From: Ylistrum balloti
Taxonomy: Eukaryota
Assembly: GCF_031769215.1 (NCBI RefSeq)
Contig: NW_026782110.1
Location: 1 to 64,000 of the forward strand
Length of the DNA: 64,000 bases
Direction of reading: 5' to 3'
A model generated the notes under the pieces. The model did not search any database. It was not told the origin of the DNA and saw nothing but the letters and a program-made list of their open reading frames with translations. A program made the translations under genes and the position numbers. Below are positions 43,773 through 58,910 of the stretch, piece by piece; positions within the stretch are counted from its first letter, which is position 1; each line of letters begins with the position of its first letter.

Positions 43773-46700
43773 TGTACGAGTAAAGCTTATATATATATAT
43801 AGATAAATAGAACTGATAACGATTACAATTTTCTGTGATAGAATTTTGTGTGTTTAAATATTCCTTGTTTTTACTGAAGCCAGGATTAAGTCTGCAGTAA
43901 TTTGAGGTGATACAGGGTGCCACACGTAACATTGTAAGCTAGTGATAAAGACGTATTTGGTAGCTGTTATAATTCTTTTTGTTAACAGCTTTACTTTTAC
44001 AAAGCTTAAAGCCAATATTGTTTGTTCAGGTGTCATAAATTCAAATTGTAAAATCGACGTACACATAAACATTTAAACGAGAACAAAGTGATTAGATATT
44101 GTAAGGTCGTTTGTGAAACATAGTGAGTGAATACATGAATATAGAATGTTGACCAGTTATGTTCATATAATTGTCATGCATTTAGGATTTAGGAAAAACC
44201 GAGCATTAGTCTAGTGTCGTTACGATAACAATTTCTGTGCCGAATCCTATCATTTGGAATGCATGACATACATAATGTATATGACTGTATAATTGAGTGG
44301 AATATTTTTTTTCAAAATAGAGGTTCCTGTCAACAACACATCTTGTCCGTTGTGCCAATACTTTATACATAATATATTTAAGTCAAGAGAATTATCAATA
44401 CGGTTATATCATTTCTGTAGTTCTTAATGTCATCGAATCTCGTCCCGTGTTTTATTTAACATAAGCTCTTTCAGTCGAAGGTATATTCGATGAGCTATAT
44501 GCATGTTAGCATTTTGTTTCTTTATAATGTTCATTACCATATCTATCTATGCCTAGTTTTCTAGGATTTTATGTATGTGATATTACCAAACTCGTTGATA
44601 TATAAATCTATTAGATGTAGGTGAGAGTGTTTTTTGATAACATGATATTGCTAAACTTGTTGACATGATATGAACCAGTTGCTATTACGAACTTATATAC
44701 CTGTGTATATATGTGTAAGACATGAGTAAATATAGGTCAGATATGATAAAACTACCAGTTAATGTTACTGGTTATAGTTTTTGCCATTATGATGGGGATC
44801 ATTTAATGAGAGTATGTATATTTTACCAATTGGAGATCTGCTTTGTATTGTTACAACTTGCAGTCACGGAGTACCTGAAATGAGATTAAAATGTATCGCT
44901 ATTGTTATTCTGACTTAGGGTTTAGTTTTGTTGTTTAATACATAAGATGTCTGGCATTATAATAAGGTATACCTCAGCCACGATATTTTTGTTGATTAGA
45001 TTACAAAAATCTAAAATAGATATTTTGCATTGTGCTGGAGATTACTACAATTAATGTATTTGGGCAGTCTCGAATCTGTATCTACACACTAAAAGCAACC
45101 TTTACAGGTAGTGAAATTTCCATAGTGTTTACATGTGGTCATAGCGTTCAGAGTTGGAATTTGCGTGAATGTATGTAGTTTGTTATCATGACAGTATTGC
45201 TGCTTTTAAGACAGCTGTTCAGAAATAAATTTCTTCTAAGAAGTTGAAGAGTTAGTAATTATTAGTAATATTATTTGAATTTTTATCAATTTTTTGACAA
45301 TCACATGTCAGAAATCAGGGGAAATTCTTTATTAACACAAATTTTATTTCTCTGTTATTAATGTAATTATTATGTAGTTTATGAATATATACATATATCT
45401 GGTTATATTTTTCATTACCAAACTGCTAAACCTGTATATCTCAAACATGACCACTAATTTCAGGAAAAATGCAAATTAACTGTTTACCTTATCACCAGTG
45501 TTGTGAGATCTTATTAATTATCTTTTTATCGTTTTTGGCTTTTGATGCCGACATGATCAACAAAAACATTGATGAATATTTGTAATTGCATGTCATTACT
45601 ACGACATAAATGATTGTGTTTTAAGGTATGATTAATAACTCTAACCTGAACCGACCCCGTGACCATTATAGTGTCGTTATTGTGGGCATTGATCGATACC
45701 AAAATTATTATTCTGATTAAGGGATTGTAATTTATTACCGATAAGATTTAACCTAATATTGGCATCAGGCTGAAGGAATTTATATATAAACCTTGTCAGG
45801 GTATACCTTTATTATCGTGAAAATGAGTCTTTCATGCATACGCTACGCTATCACAATATATTTACATTATTTACATGTTGGATGGACCAAGATTTACATC
45901 GCCGATGTTGTCGATGAAGGAGAAGACGCTTACTCTTCCACAACACCTGGTCTTATTGTCCTTGAAGCTTTTCATATTCGATATTTATATTTCGCCATTG
46001 TTCTATCTAACTTGAGTTTAAGATGGTTTTCATGTCGGCATGTAGTTCAGCTTATATTTCGACAGAAGTGTGCATTTAGCTGTCGATCATGGCAGAAACA
46101 GACTAATATTTAAATCGTCAAAATTCTTTTATTACAAAATATACTTAGAGTTTGATACAAATACCAATTGATTCACAAAACTGATACATAAGCTTTAAGA
46201 CACATATGGACATTGCTGATGTAAACATGTATGATAATTCGACAATGAGTCTGAGATAGAAATAACAATATAGGTTATTTCTATTCTTGCTATACGTGTT
46301 TACTGCTTTGGACGCTTACACGGATCAACTTCTTAATGTTGTCCTGGTGATATGTCTTGATTAAGGAGCGGATTGCTTCTGAATAAGGAAATTAATTACA
46401 ACCATTTATAATGCGTTTTGAGCATGGCTGTGTGGCATGTTCGATCTTAATGAAGAAACAAGATTAGGAGTGAAAATCATTATATGACAAGATACGTACA
46501 ATTGAACATGTATGGTTAGATGTGTAAGTAAATGGTTAAACCTGATCAAACGGGTCTTAATATAGCACTTTTGTAATTAGTCATAGCTTACGTATTTTGT
46601 ATATAAAATTGTCCAGAATTTACATGAACATTCCAGCATATCCTGACATAACTTCTAGAAAGGTATCTATGTTGCTCCATCTTTCGACACCACTTTTTGT

Positions 46701-47013
46701 CGATAAGACATGGAACTTATACGTTACCGTGCGGTAAGTTAGTAAGAACATAATAGTCCTGGATTATTTGCTGTAACAGTTGCTGTTATTACAATCTACT
46801 GTAGTTAGAGTTTACGCGGGAAAACCCCCTAAATTCGCAATTTAAAAGGTCGTGCGCCTTATCAGTAACAACAGGACCGAGGTATACACGGTCACGCGCC
46901 TAAAGAGCCTCAAATTGAATGAGACCACCACTTGCTTCCGATAAATCCCTTAAATATAATTTGAATGACAAACGCCGTAGTAGCTTGATTTTTGAAACAC
47001 AAGGCTATGTGCC

Positions 47014-49463
47014 TTAATAGCTGGAATCCGAGAGGGAACGCTTGCCCTCAATAGACGGCGTACTCTGACTACTTGGAAAAAACGTCTTCTTATCTTTCGG
47101 TGATGGCGAGTTCCCTGGAGTGAGGTTGAGGTCAATTAATGCTGGGGATATGCAATTGGCCATATCCATTGACAACGAATGTTTCCGCTTCCAAAGTGGA
47201 AGCGCAGACCCGTTCATCTGACGAGGCCTCGAGAGAAGATGCCCGTTCGCCTGTTTCTTTGTGACAATGGTAAAACACCTTTCCTGACTGTCATCCTTCT
47301 TTGGACGTATCTCTGATTTAGGTCGTGCATTGTTGTTTGTAGTTCCGTTTTGCATGACATGTCCATTTCCAGTCAGAAACTTACCTGAAAATTTTGTTTT
47401 CTCGCAGGCGTCCACTCTTGTAAGTAGGCGAGACGTTCTAACGAGAACATCATTGATGCGATGAACTTCTGCTTGTTTCTTCAACGTTAACGCATCAGCG
47501 CGGATTTCACAAGCTTCCTTAGATATGGCTATCGGTGCACTTCTGAGAATTTCATCAAGAGATGCTTCAAGTTTTGTCCTCCTTGACACAATATGTTCAT
47601 GTAATTCTCGTTGGATTTTTTCCACAATTGTTGTTCCATGGACAAATATGCGGTCTTTTAGATGTGACGACTTGTTTACGTCCTCAGCAATATCCGTGAT
47701 CTCCCGACTCATGTCGCGAACCTGATTTCGATACATGGCGATCTTTTCTTCCAGTAATTTTATCCGACATTCGAAATATTGAACCTGCGACCTGTAATTA
47801 TCTGCCTTTATTCTTACTACATCGCCAACATCTTGATCGGAGCTACCGCGTCTTGTCATTTGACCGAAATTCTCTTTCATTTGGAGGTCTTTTTGAAAAT
47901 CTGTCATTTTCTTCTTTTCCAATTCTAGCTGATATTGAAGCATCGACAACTGTTCACATTTCGTGGCCAGTTGCTTACTATTACTCTGCAAAGTTTCCTT
48001 CATTTCGTTCACGTGACGAACTTGTTCCTCTAAGTTCGCCTCTAGTTTGTTTTTCTCGTTGGATAGGTGCAGTTTTTCCATTTGTAGTTTTTGGCATTCT
48101 TTATTTCTTTGGTCCATATCTAGTTTTAATTTAAGGATATCCTGATTTAGCCTTTGGGCACGATCTTCGACAGTTCGGTTTTTCTGGTTATTTTGTTCAG
48201 CTAACGCAAGCTTCAAATCTTCAATCTTTGAAATTTGTTCTCCAATGGTATTTTCCTTCTGTTGAAGTTCATTCTCTAGCAACTGCTTCTGTGTTTGGAG
48301 GTCTTTCAAGGCGTCCTGTCCTTTCTCAAGATCAAGAAGCAAAAAGGACTGTTTGTGCTCCAGTCTTTTCTCACGTTGTTTATGAACCATAGCTAAACTA
48401 TTGTCACTCGATTTGTACTGCTCCAGAAGCTCAGTCTTGAATTTGAGTTCTTTTTGTATTTCAGAGAGTTTGTCCTCAAGTTCAAACACCTGAAATAAGG
48501 GATCAAGCTATGAGATATTGTGGATGTAAGTAAACTTATTACCTAGTCATTCCATGTACGTTTACTGATACACCATGGAATTGCACAAATATGGAATATT
48601 GTACTACATAGGACATATAGTTAAGGATACTGAAATACTACGTAAGTTGTCTGGAACCTTAGTTTACCCAAATGAGACAACTTTTCCTGGTGAAGACACT
48701 GTGGCTGTGTCATTTTTCTCAATGTTTTACTAAACGTAACATCAATATATTCTATTATCTTCGTTTTATCCTAACCATAGTTTTGTTTTGATGAAAGTTT
48801 TAGAAAAAAAATCGGTAAAAATTAAGTTTAGTGATCTTAAATATGGCGACTAAATTACATACGCAACATTTTCATTACTGCAATGTCGTAACTATTAAGT
48901 CTAAACATTTGACGTTAAAGGTCTGAAATCGTGTTTAAAGGTAGCCACTAACCTGCATTTTCTTGATATAATTTCCATTTTCTATTAAGTCTAAACATTT
49001 GACGTTAAAGGTCTGAAATCGTGTTTAAAGGTAGCCACTAACCTGCATTTTCTTGATATAATTTCCATTTTCTGACCCCGTAATGTTTATACTCTAGATC
49101 ATTTAGGTCAAACCTAATTCGTGTCGTGAGTTCCGCCAGTTCTACCGTACTATATTATACTATATAATCGACACTCTCACGAGTGAACAAAGGACACGCA
49201 TAAAGGTGAATTACAGTTTTACCCACTAAACTAGTGATATTAAGAATATTTGTCAATCAGACAATACCATAGCACCATACGGCTATTACGTCTCGACGCG
49301 ATGTGATACTACACCTTTGAGCTATAAGCTGTTTTGAGGTTATCGAGTTCAAAGACCATTTCTCCATGCTCCTGTATCAGACATTTGTTGAGGTAGCTGC
49401 GGAGGGCCTTCATTTCATCCTTTGTTAATTTATTGGCAAGGCGCCGATGTTCTCGGAAAAGCA
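47014..49463 (-). CDS. Last two exons of an uncharacterised long coiled-coil protein (upstream exons not identified)
   Basis: Exon 49463-49315 (LFREHRRLANKL...KTAYSSK) splices in phase to the terminal exon 48489-47014 (491 codons; heptad-rich, with a low-complexity Ser/Pro tail). Confidence 0.8.
48892..49073. repeat. 90-bp tandem duplication (intronic)
   Basis: CTATTAAGTCTAAACATTTGACG... at 48892 and 48982. Confidence 0.95.
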
Positions 49464-50920
49464 CTGAAATTATACAACGGGAAACGATGTAATAAAGATA
49501 ATATTGACAAGCTTATATAGAAGTTAAAATAAATAGGGCAAAGGCAATTAAATTAAATTAGCACCCACTGCGTATACGGAAATAACTTATGAATAGAATA
49601 TCTTAAATCATGGCAGACATTGTAATGCTTATTTGAACTTAGATATTCAGATTATGCATATCAAGGAGATTCGATGGCATACTGTCCATATTACAGAAGT
49701 TGTAATACAATTACAGTTGAAATACAACAGTACATTTAATTGGAACAATTACTTAGTGATTGGCATCTTGATTAATGATTAATAGGAACGTATAGGGTGT
49801 TGTATGTATGTATAGGTTCTGTGACAACAACATAACATCTGCCCTTATTATCTTATAAGATCATCATGCCTTAGTATAAAATATGTTTTTTCTGTATTTT
49901 TTTTCTGAGAATGTCAGGGATTTAAACGAATACTTCGGTATCATTTTGTTATATTCACGACTATACACCAGAGAAACAATTAAAAGGCCTCTGCTCGAAG
50001 ACAAGAGAGACACATCTAGAGAACACAATTGAATTTTATTTCTTGCCCGATCAGAATAGCCAGGCCGCGTCTGTACTAGAAAAAGAAATATAATAAACAT
50101 TTCTGGAAACAACCTTCAAAAGCATACTTCGTTAAGAAATAGATTGGGAACTCATAAAACGGGCACAATTATATTTATGACAATATTCATTTTAAGCTTC
50201 ATAACTATTATTATTATAGTTACGAGGTTTTCTTCTTTTTTTTTTGTCCATAGAAAAGAGATAATTGCAGCTGCTCGGACAACAAGGCCCAATAGCTAAG
50301 CCCTCCCCTCCCTCCGGACAACAAGGCCCAAGGCCCAAGAGCTAAGCCCCCCCATCGGGACAACATGGCCCAACAGCTAACCCCGGACAACAAGGCCCAA
50401 TAGCTAAGCCCTCCAAATCATTCTTTATTGTTTCACACCCCACATTTAAAAGTATAACACATTCCAAATATAACCTTCTCCATTGCAAACTTGACAACAT
50501 TCCCAATTAGATCTGGATATTCGACTTAATTTAACAGGATATTCAACACTGAAATTTTATAGCAGAAGCCGGCAACATTATGACCAGAAACTATAACTCT
50601 TCAATAGTAATCATGATCTATCTGTATCGGTACTGTTTGTGATCAGTATTTCATTTTGGTGATTATGCCTTTTCACTAATGTCATTGCAAATTCATCAAT
50701 CTGCAGTCTGACAAAAAATATCTAAAGTGTAAATTCTCAATGGAGAGCAAAAATGCTAAAACCACATTGTTATAAGACACAATGATTAAAAATAAATGCG
50801 AGTAGTTTAACCAATTAGCAAACGTTTGTTTTAAACCCAAAACGTAATGATCAAGTCTCCAGGATCAACAGTGCTGATGTTATCGTAGTAAATACTATAC
50901 CAATAAAGCAGAGCCAAGCT

Positions 50921-51691
50921 GTACGATATGTACCTGAGTTACTGTGAACTATATTAAACTATACGATATGTACCTGAGTTACAGTGAACTATATTAAACT
51001 ATACGATATGTACCTGAGTTACTGTGAACTATATTAAACTATACGATATGTACCTGAGTTACTGTGAACTATATTAAACTATACGATATGTACCTGAGTT
51101 ACTGTGAACTATATTAAACTATACGATATGTACCTGAGTTACTGTGAACTATATTAAACTATACGATATGTACCTGAGTTACTGTGAACTATATTAAACT
51201 ATACGATATGTACCTGAGTTACTGTGAACTATATTAAACTATACGATATGTACCTGAGTTACTGTGAACTATATTAAACTATACGATATGTACCTGAGTT
51301 ACTGTGAACTATATTAAACTATACGATATGTACCTGAGTTACTGTGAACTATATTAAAAACGATATGTACTGAGTTACTGTGAACTATATTAAACTATGT
51401 GTACCTGAGTTACTGTGAACTATATTAAACTATACGATATGTACCTGAGTTACTGTGATACGATATGTACCTGAGTTACTGTGAACTATATTAAACTATA
51501 CGAACTGAGTTACTGTACTATATTAAACTATACGATATGTACCTGAGTTACTGTGAACTATATTAAACTATACGATATGTACCTGAGTTACTGTGAACTA
51601 TATTAAACTATACGATATGTACCTGAGTTACTGTGAACTATATTAAACTATACGATATGTACCTGAGTTACTGTGAACTATATTAAACTAT
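50921..51691. repeat. 40-bp minisatellite (~19 copies)
   Basis: TACGATATGTACCTGAGTTACTGTGAACTATATTAAACTA repeated, with a few truncated units at 51355-51520. Confidence 0.97.
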
Positions 51692-52329
51692 TTGCCTTGT
51701 GACAATTTCAAAATGCTATAATCTCCCATAGCGTTATATATCACTGAACATTATTCATGGATTTGGCACATGACCTATTCTAATTTATATAATTGTATCA
51801 AACAGTATCCAATCTCGGAGAGCGACCATTAAAATTTCAATACTTATGAATAGCCGTCAACGCTATCGTAGCCGCGTCAGTTATTAATTATTATTATTAC
51901 TGCCATACCCGTGTATATACCATAACATTGATACTACCGTACCCGTGTTTATAATCAGACATTAATACTATCGTACCTGGGTTTATGATTAGAATCTAAT
52001 CCAACCGTACCCGTGTTTATGATCAGACATTCATGCTACCATACTCATATTTATAATCAGACAAGCCAGTAATTTTACTGTAACCATAGTCAAGATCAAG
52101 TATAATAACTACCATAGAGATGCTCATGAGCAGCCGGTTATACTATTGTAACACGCGTCCCTGAGCAAAAATTTCTATATTCAAGGCGTATTAAAGGATA
52201 CGACACTTTTCAATATCGCTATCTGTTTTTGCACGTGTGAAAAATAGCCAAGAAAATACCAACATGAAAACGTAACCATAATACAAACACAAATTCCATA
52301 AACCGAGGGCAAAATATGAGCAAAACAAA

Positions 52330-52585
52330 GATTTACACGGAAACTTCTGACAAAGTACAAGGAGAATAAGACTATGTGTTCCGGAAGAGTAAGCGTCTTC
52401 TGCTTCATCGACGACACCGCCATGCAACCTTGATCAATCCAAGTAAATAATGTCACGTTCTCAAATGAGAACAAGGCATACAACAACGGAACCAAATGAC
52501 AAACACACTAGCATCAAATACGTCCAGTTTCATATCGCACAAAGGTATAGAATATTTCTCAATGAGATCACTATGGCGACCATAA
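52330..52585. mobile_element. Dispersed retroposon-like repeat; related copies at ~45880-45970 (inverted), ~57060-57130 and ~58340-58565
   Basis: Shared GGAGAATAAGACC...GTTCCGGAAGAGTAAGCGTCTTCTGCTTCATCGACGAC and AATGTCACGTTCTCAAATGAGAACAAGG blocks. Confidence 0.6.
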
Positions 52586-55500
52586 ACTACATTTAGTTTT
52601 TTTGATGTAAATAACGATTCATTTTAATACATTTCCTGTTAAGAAGTACGATATATAGTAACTATCTAAATGCTGTATAATCATATGACACATATAGTCA
52701 ATACGTGATCAAATGTTTTTTTGGTTTATTATAATTTTGTATTTCCGATGCTGATAACATCACATATTCATTTATAAGTATTTAACTGGTAGACTTATTT
52801 AAACATTATTCCTAGGCCAGGATGAGAGACGCCTCGCTAGATAACAGGCTAAATATGTACTGCATTGCACTACACCTTATTGTAGGATTCAGGTGAGACA
52901 TTGATATGAGCTGGCCTATTCGCTGGCCACAGGAAGCTTAAGCCTCAGTTTGTGTCGTAAACAGAGTAAAAAATATCGAAACTTAACAGCATCCTCCTGA
53001 TTAGGTTTAGCTATTACAAAAAATAGCCTAGTGATAAGAAGGAATATTGTGTTAACTTAGGTAGTGATATTGATTAGATACGGTATCCATGCCGGTGTTT
53101 CAACTACGAGGGGATTAGTGCCACAAATCTATTGATGTTATGGGGGATATTAGTGAGACGATGGGAGTCCGCCATGTTTGATTAAAACCCAATCTGTTAC
53201 ATAAAGAAACGCAATTCACTAGCTGCACGTCTCATTTTCAGCCTGAAATAAATTTGGAATTGATAGTTCGCCTCACAGGGACTCTGGCGGGTCAGATATG
53301 GTGTATCCATGCATTTCGCTTCATCAAAATATACTTCATTCCATATAAAAATCAGTTCAATGTAAGCAAGCCTTTTCTCGATGGGTGTATTTATTCATTT
53401 GTTTATTTTATTATTGGTTTTCTTACTTATCTATCCGTTTATTCATTCGGAGTTTTTTTAGTCAACATGCACAGCAGTAGAACTAATAACAATAATACTT
53501 TATATATACATTATCTACTATGCTTTTTTGTTATGATGCATGTCATGTCTATTGGTATCAATGCGCTTCACGCTGGTCTTTCTATCTTATTAAAACGGCT
53601 TATTCAAGGCGAGGATTAATGATATATTTGTAATAATAAGCTGTACTGTCATTTTCTACGTATAATAGTTTATCACATGACCCGCCTGTTATCTATATAT
53701 AATTTCACCATGTAATGTTTTCATATGTCAATAGTGAATTTGTACTCTAGGTCGTTTTTCTTGCCAGCACTAGTCAGAATTTAATAATACGGACAATGGC
53801 GTTACATCATGAAAATGACAATAAAAATGGCTGCCTCTGTTTGATGAATAAAAAACTAACAGAAAAAGAAAAGCACAGTTTACACTTGTTTACACTTCTT
53901 ATGTGATTATATGAAAATTTCGGTATTAATTTTTTTTTGCGAGTCAAATAGAAATTTTTGCAAGTTCGTTTTATAAAATATCATACACGAGTGAAATGAA
54001 AAACAGTCTAAGATCCTATATATAATCTATTGCAAGGTTTGTTATTTAATGAAATAATTACATAGCTGGTAAAGGAATATTCTTTCACTTTGGCCAATTA
54101 CTTCAGATTTAATATGATGTTAGCAGAAGGAAATCAAATCTATAATATCTTTTATATATGATTTATTTGCTGAATGGCGAGGACATCACGCGAGAATTAA
54201 GACTTTTAAATATCTGTTTCAGACATGAAATTAACTCAGGCACTTCTACCAGTAAATCCTTATTTAAAAAACGTTTTGAATTATCTATTACAAAGAACCA
54301 TAATCTATATATGGTTATATTTACGTTTATGCTTGCTCAGAGACGGTGTAAACAACGTTCGGTCATATTTCAGGGATTAAGTGAAAATCTATCTAATTAC
54401 ATGGCTGTCCTGACCAGGATATAAATAGAAAAGAATAACCCCTCTCACTTAAATGTCAAATCTAAATTTTGATTTTAGAAGAGTGTTTAGTCAGGTAAAA
54501 TAATGTTTGATCAAAACTCCCACGGTAACAAAAATCAACATTATATGAATAAAAACACTAGCATGTATAACAGTTAATTTTCGTCTCTAGTGTCCTTTAC
54601 CACAGACTTCTATAAAGTCACATGATGACTTCCATCGACAACTGGACCACTCAAATATCACTCTTAACAGTTACTTCAATGTTATACAAGATAAAAAATG
54701 GAAACATTAATTCACTACACTTAAATGTATTTACTTATTGGGATAAAATCCTTTTTAGTTATTCTATTTAAAACAAAATTGTAGCTGAATTCAGATAAAC
54801 GAACCACTGGGAATCAAATCAATGTACAGGGTTTAAACATCTGTTATAATTGTATGACTTGCTGACTAATGCCACATGACACTGAAATTTCATTGGATAA
54901 ATATATACCACGGAGGTTTTATATTATTACACAATACTTAATATCATTTTTATTGAAAGTGTCTTTGTTGTTGTAAACCAACAACAGGCATTTTAAATTC
55001 GTCTATACATGTATAATTCCGAAATAAACGTAAGTTGACAAACATATACTAATCATACAGGTGCTCGTTTTGAGAAATTATCTTGATTATAACAAGTATG
55101 TTATGGTCAGACAAGTTGTCATTTTGTCATTGTCACTATAAAACAACAATTATACCCGATTGGTGAGAGAAAACGAGGGATACGCGGGCTATTACCTACT
55201 ACAAAGCGAATGGACGAGTGAAAGGTGACACGTCGGATTTCCCCACCAAGTGAGATCTTTGTAAACCAGGTGGGTTTCATGTGGGTTTTCTCTTTCTATT
55301 GCTTATCGAGACTAGTTGTCATTTTCGTGACATTATGAATGGTTCAGTAAAACTTCAAAGATAAAAAAATAAATAATGATGTGATTTTAATGTCTTTAGA
55401 GTTATATATTAAAGCGAATTTTAATATAAATGTAGTTTGTATCGCTTGGTGATCAAATCAAAGCTAACAAATCTCCGTGGGATGTGGCATGGTCTTTCAA

Positions 55501-58500
55501 TTGCGTGATAATAACGTCTTTGTTGTTTTTGCTTTTAACATACACTATTTATCGAAGCTGTTCTAAAAGCGACCTCTCTGACACCTGTAATAAGTGCAGT
55601 CAGCTAGAATAGCTTTGTAATATGTTTAATTTATGTACCTATATGCGTTGTATACATAGTGGGGTCGGTATTAATCCATGGGTGTTAATAGTTTAAAATA
55701 CACGGAAGAAACAGACATTTTTGTTCAATAAAATTTGACACAACTGTCAAGAGTTTCAGGCCAAAGATGTTTTTTTGTCGTTAATTGTAAGTACCATGTC
55801 AACATCGTTTTATCATTATACTTTGGCATGTGCAGTCTTGGTTTTTAATGAAAAAAATATCAGTTAAATCGTCACAAAACGGTTTTATAATTGAATCGAA
55901 CTACTCAAGTTGAAAAATGAGGGGGGAATTTAACGGTTTAGCATAGAATAAACATCGCGTATTTTGTATTTTGGTTTGGGAATCAGATTGAATGAACTTT
56001 ATAAGTAAAAGAAAGGAATCATACACAATATTATTGTAGGAAAATCACGAAGCATCACCATAATACCAATATTATGTAAGGTATTCAACTTTAAAGGTGA
56101 TATAAGACACACACGTACATGTAAATAGCAACGTTCATTACAAATCTACAATTAGATACATTAGAAATAGATAATTACCTATACTCCATTATAAAGCTGT
56201 TTCGTCCTTCTATGACTTATCAACGATGTGGGGAGCCTTAATTGTTTAACCTAAAATACCACTGTGAGAAAAATAAAAAAAATATCGACAGAAAGTCAAA
56301 ATCTAGATGTGGAGTTGCACGTGCCTCATAGTTCAAGAGATTCCGTAATTGGCCGATTGTGTGTAATAAGGTGTTATGGCAGATAAGACAACTGGTCTGA
56401 AGTTCCAAGCATGTATAAGATAAGACTACAAGTCTTAAATTCTTTAGATGCAGCAAATCAGCCATGAAATTCTGTATCAAGAAAGAAAAAACTCGTTTGG
56501 AAAGTCAAAATGATTTTGAAGCACTTTATTACTGCTGGTCAAGCGTTTGCGTAAACTATTGATAAGTAAAAAGAACACATTTAATGTAAATTAAGTAAAA
56601 GGTCAAACCCGCTGAACAATATGTAATACGTATGTATCATATAGTTGTTTCGAGCTACTTGTGACATGAATTAACGTCGATAACGGTATTTTATTAGGCA
56701 CGATTTATCAGTTTTATCAATTAACGTAGAATACAATTTATTGATTCAATACAATTGTTTGATACATCATTTAAATTATTGTAAAATTGACACACGATTG
56801 ACATCAGAACTATTGTGATTGAGATTGTCTGCTTAAAGTAATATCATACACAAACGTGTTTGGTCCAAATACTGAATGTCATAAAAAGTCTATATACAGC
56901 AATATTTAAATGCCGTAACAAGTACTTCACTAACTACTGATATTTGGCCTTCACTGTGTTTCAAAAAAAGGAAAATACCGACATATCTCGAAATCTTGAT
57001 TCAAACCCAAATTTGATGAAACCTGTGCATAGTGTGAACAAACAATTTACACCAAGAATCCTGAAAAGTTCAAGGAGAATAAGACCAAAGGTTCCGAAAG
57101 GGTAGGCACCTTCTGCTTCATCGACGACAAACATCATTTGGAACTAATTTTTATTAAGTTATAAAGATTCCAGTAAAACTTGATATTACAATATTGTGTT
57201 CACGTGTAATACGCAGATGTATGTTTGTATGTCAAATAAATCTTACAAAATGACATGTTTTAGCTTTTGGTTTGTCAAAGTGTGTACCCAGTCTTCATAT
57301 ATGTAGACTTGAGAGTGAAGATTACTGTATTTTAAAATGAGGTGTAACACAATATTTAGTGACGTGTTCACCAGCTACCCGGACGCGCGTTTATACTGAC
57401 TAGTTGATCGTCTTTATTAGAATATCTACTACACGTACGACAACTGGCAACGACAGTAACATTTCTTTAAACCAAACTAATTGGTTGTCAATCACCGATA
57501 ATCAAGTCTAAAGATGCAGTGTTAATGAAGACAGTACCGCCACTCATCACTGGTCCTGAGATACATATTGATTTGCAAGGCACACCAGTGTCTAGCTGGT
57601 CACATATCGTACATCATTAAAATGATGACCAATTAATATCCACTGGCGTATAAAGAACAAACAGGGCTGGGATTGGAGGATTCATAAAATACAACTACAA
57701 TATTCCATGTGTATTAATCTGAGATCGAGGTTATAGAATATTGATGGAACAGGACTCTTTATCGCCAGGTCGAATTATTAGATTCACTAAGATACATTTT
57801 GAATTGTTTGATGACAGGATATCAATATGATTGTGACTCAGCAACATATAGTTAGGTAAACTCGTCCTGGGATGGTATCAATGTAAACAAACAGATGATA
57901 TCTGCAACATATAAACGGACAATTTCTGTTATCTGTTTGTGTAAACGATTTTTCTGATGGCATTATCTACATCAATTCAAATCAATTGTTACAGCCCATC
58001 AAACTGGTTTCCGTTCATCAGAACGAATATATAAAAAGTTTTATTCACTTTTAGAGGAACTGTCATGTTTGCTGAAACAAGATTAATGTCTTTAAGAATA
58101 TCCCCATTTTGTTACATCGACAGAGTCGAACAGAGCTTTATACATGTAATAAGATACATGTTCGCTCATTTTGAACGACAACGGACACACTATTCTACAT
58201 TGTGTATGTTATACAATATAACAGTCAATTCATATCTCGGTGTAAAAAAATGAGAAAGCATCGACTTGTCAACAGACTCTGAAATCAATCTCGGAATTTG
58301 ATGAAATTAAGAATGTAGAGAAAAGATTTACACTGATACTCCTGACAAAATACAAAGAGAATTAGGCCAAGTGTTCCAGAACGGTTCATTGACGATATCC
58401 ACCATGTAAATTTTAGTCTATCTAAGTAGGAAATGTCACGTTCTCAAATGAGAACAAGGAAAACAAGTTCGCAGCAACTCGGCATACTAATGAGCACCAA

Positions 58501-58759
58501 AAACGTCCCACTCATATAGCACACAGAAGTATATCTTCCATTGTGATACATATGACGACCGTTAAAGTTTGATATAATCTACCTCTCTCGAAACCGTGAG
58601 GTGTAAGTTTGTTTGTCAGTTGCCAGTTGCATGGAAATCGTAGGAAATGGTTGGGAAAAGATCGAGATAAGCGGCTGATGGAGACGTCTATCTTGTCTCG
58701 GTTAGGGTGGGTATGGTATGACGGACATGGTCAATGAATCATCAATACACATGTATCTA

Positions 58760-58910
58760 AAGTACTTTGCAGCGTCTTTGTGATTTGTTTTAATAAGTTC
58801 TTCGATAAATTCAGCCTCGTATAGGAAAAATCAAGAAAAATTCACCAAAGGTTGAACACAGTTTGTTTCATAGATCAATATATACCAATGCTTTGTTGTA
58901 AGGTCTTACC
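58760..58910 (-). mobile_element. Heavily decayed Penelope-like RT remnant
   Basis: ETNCVQPLV...FLYEAEFIEEL resembles the PLE motif MGTNCAPLLADLFLYSYEAEF; broken by stops. Confidence 0.4.
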
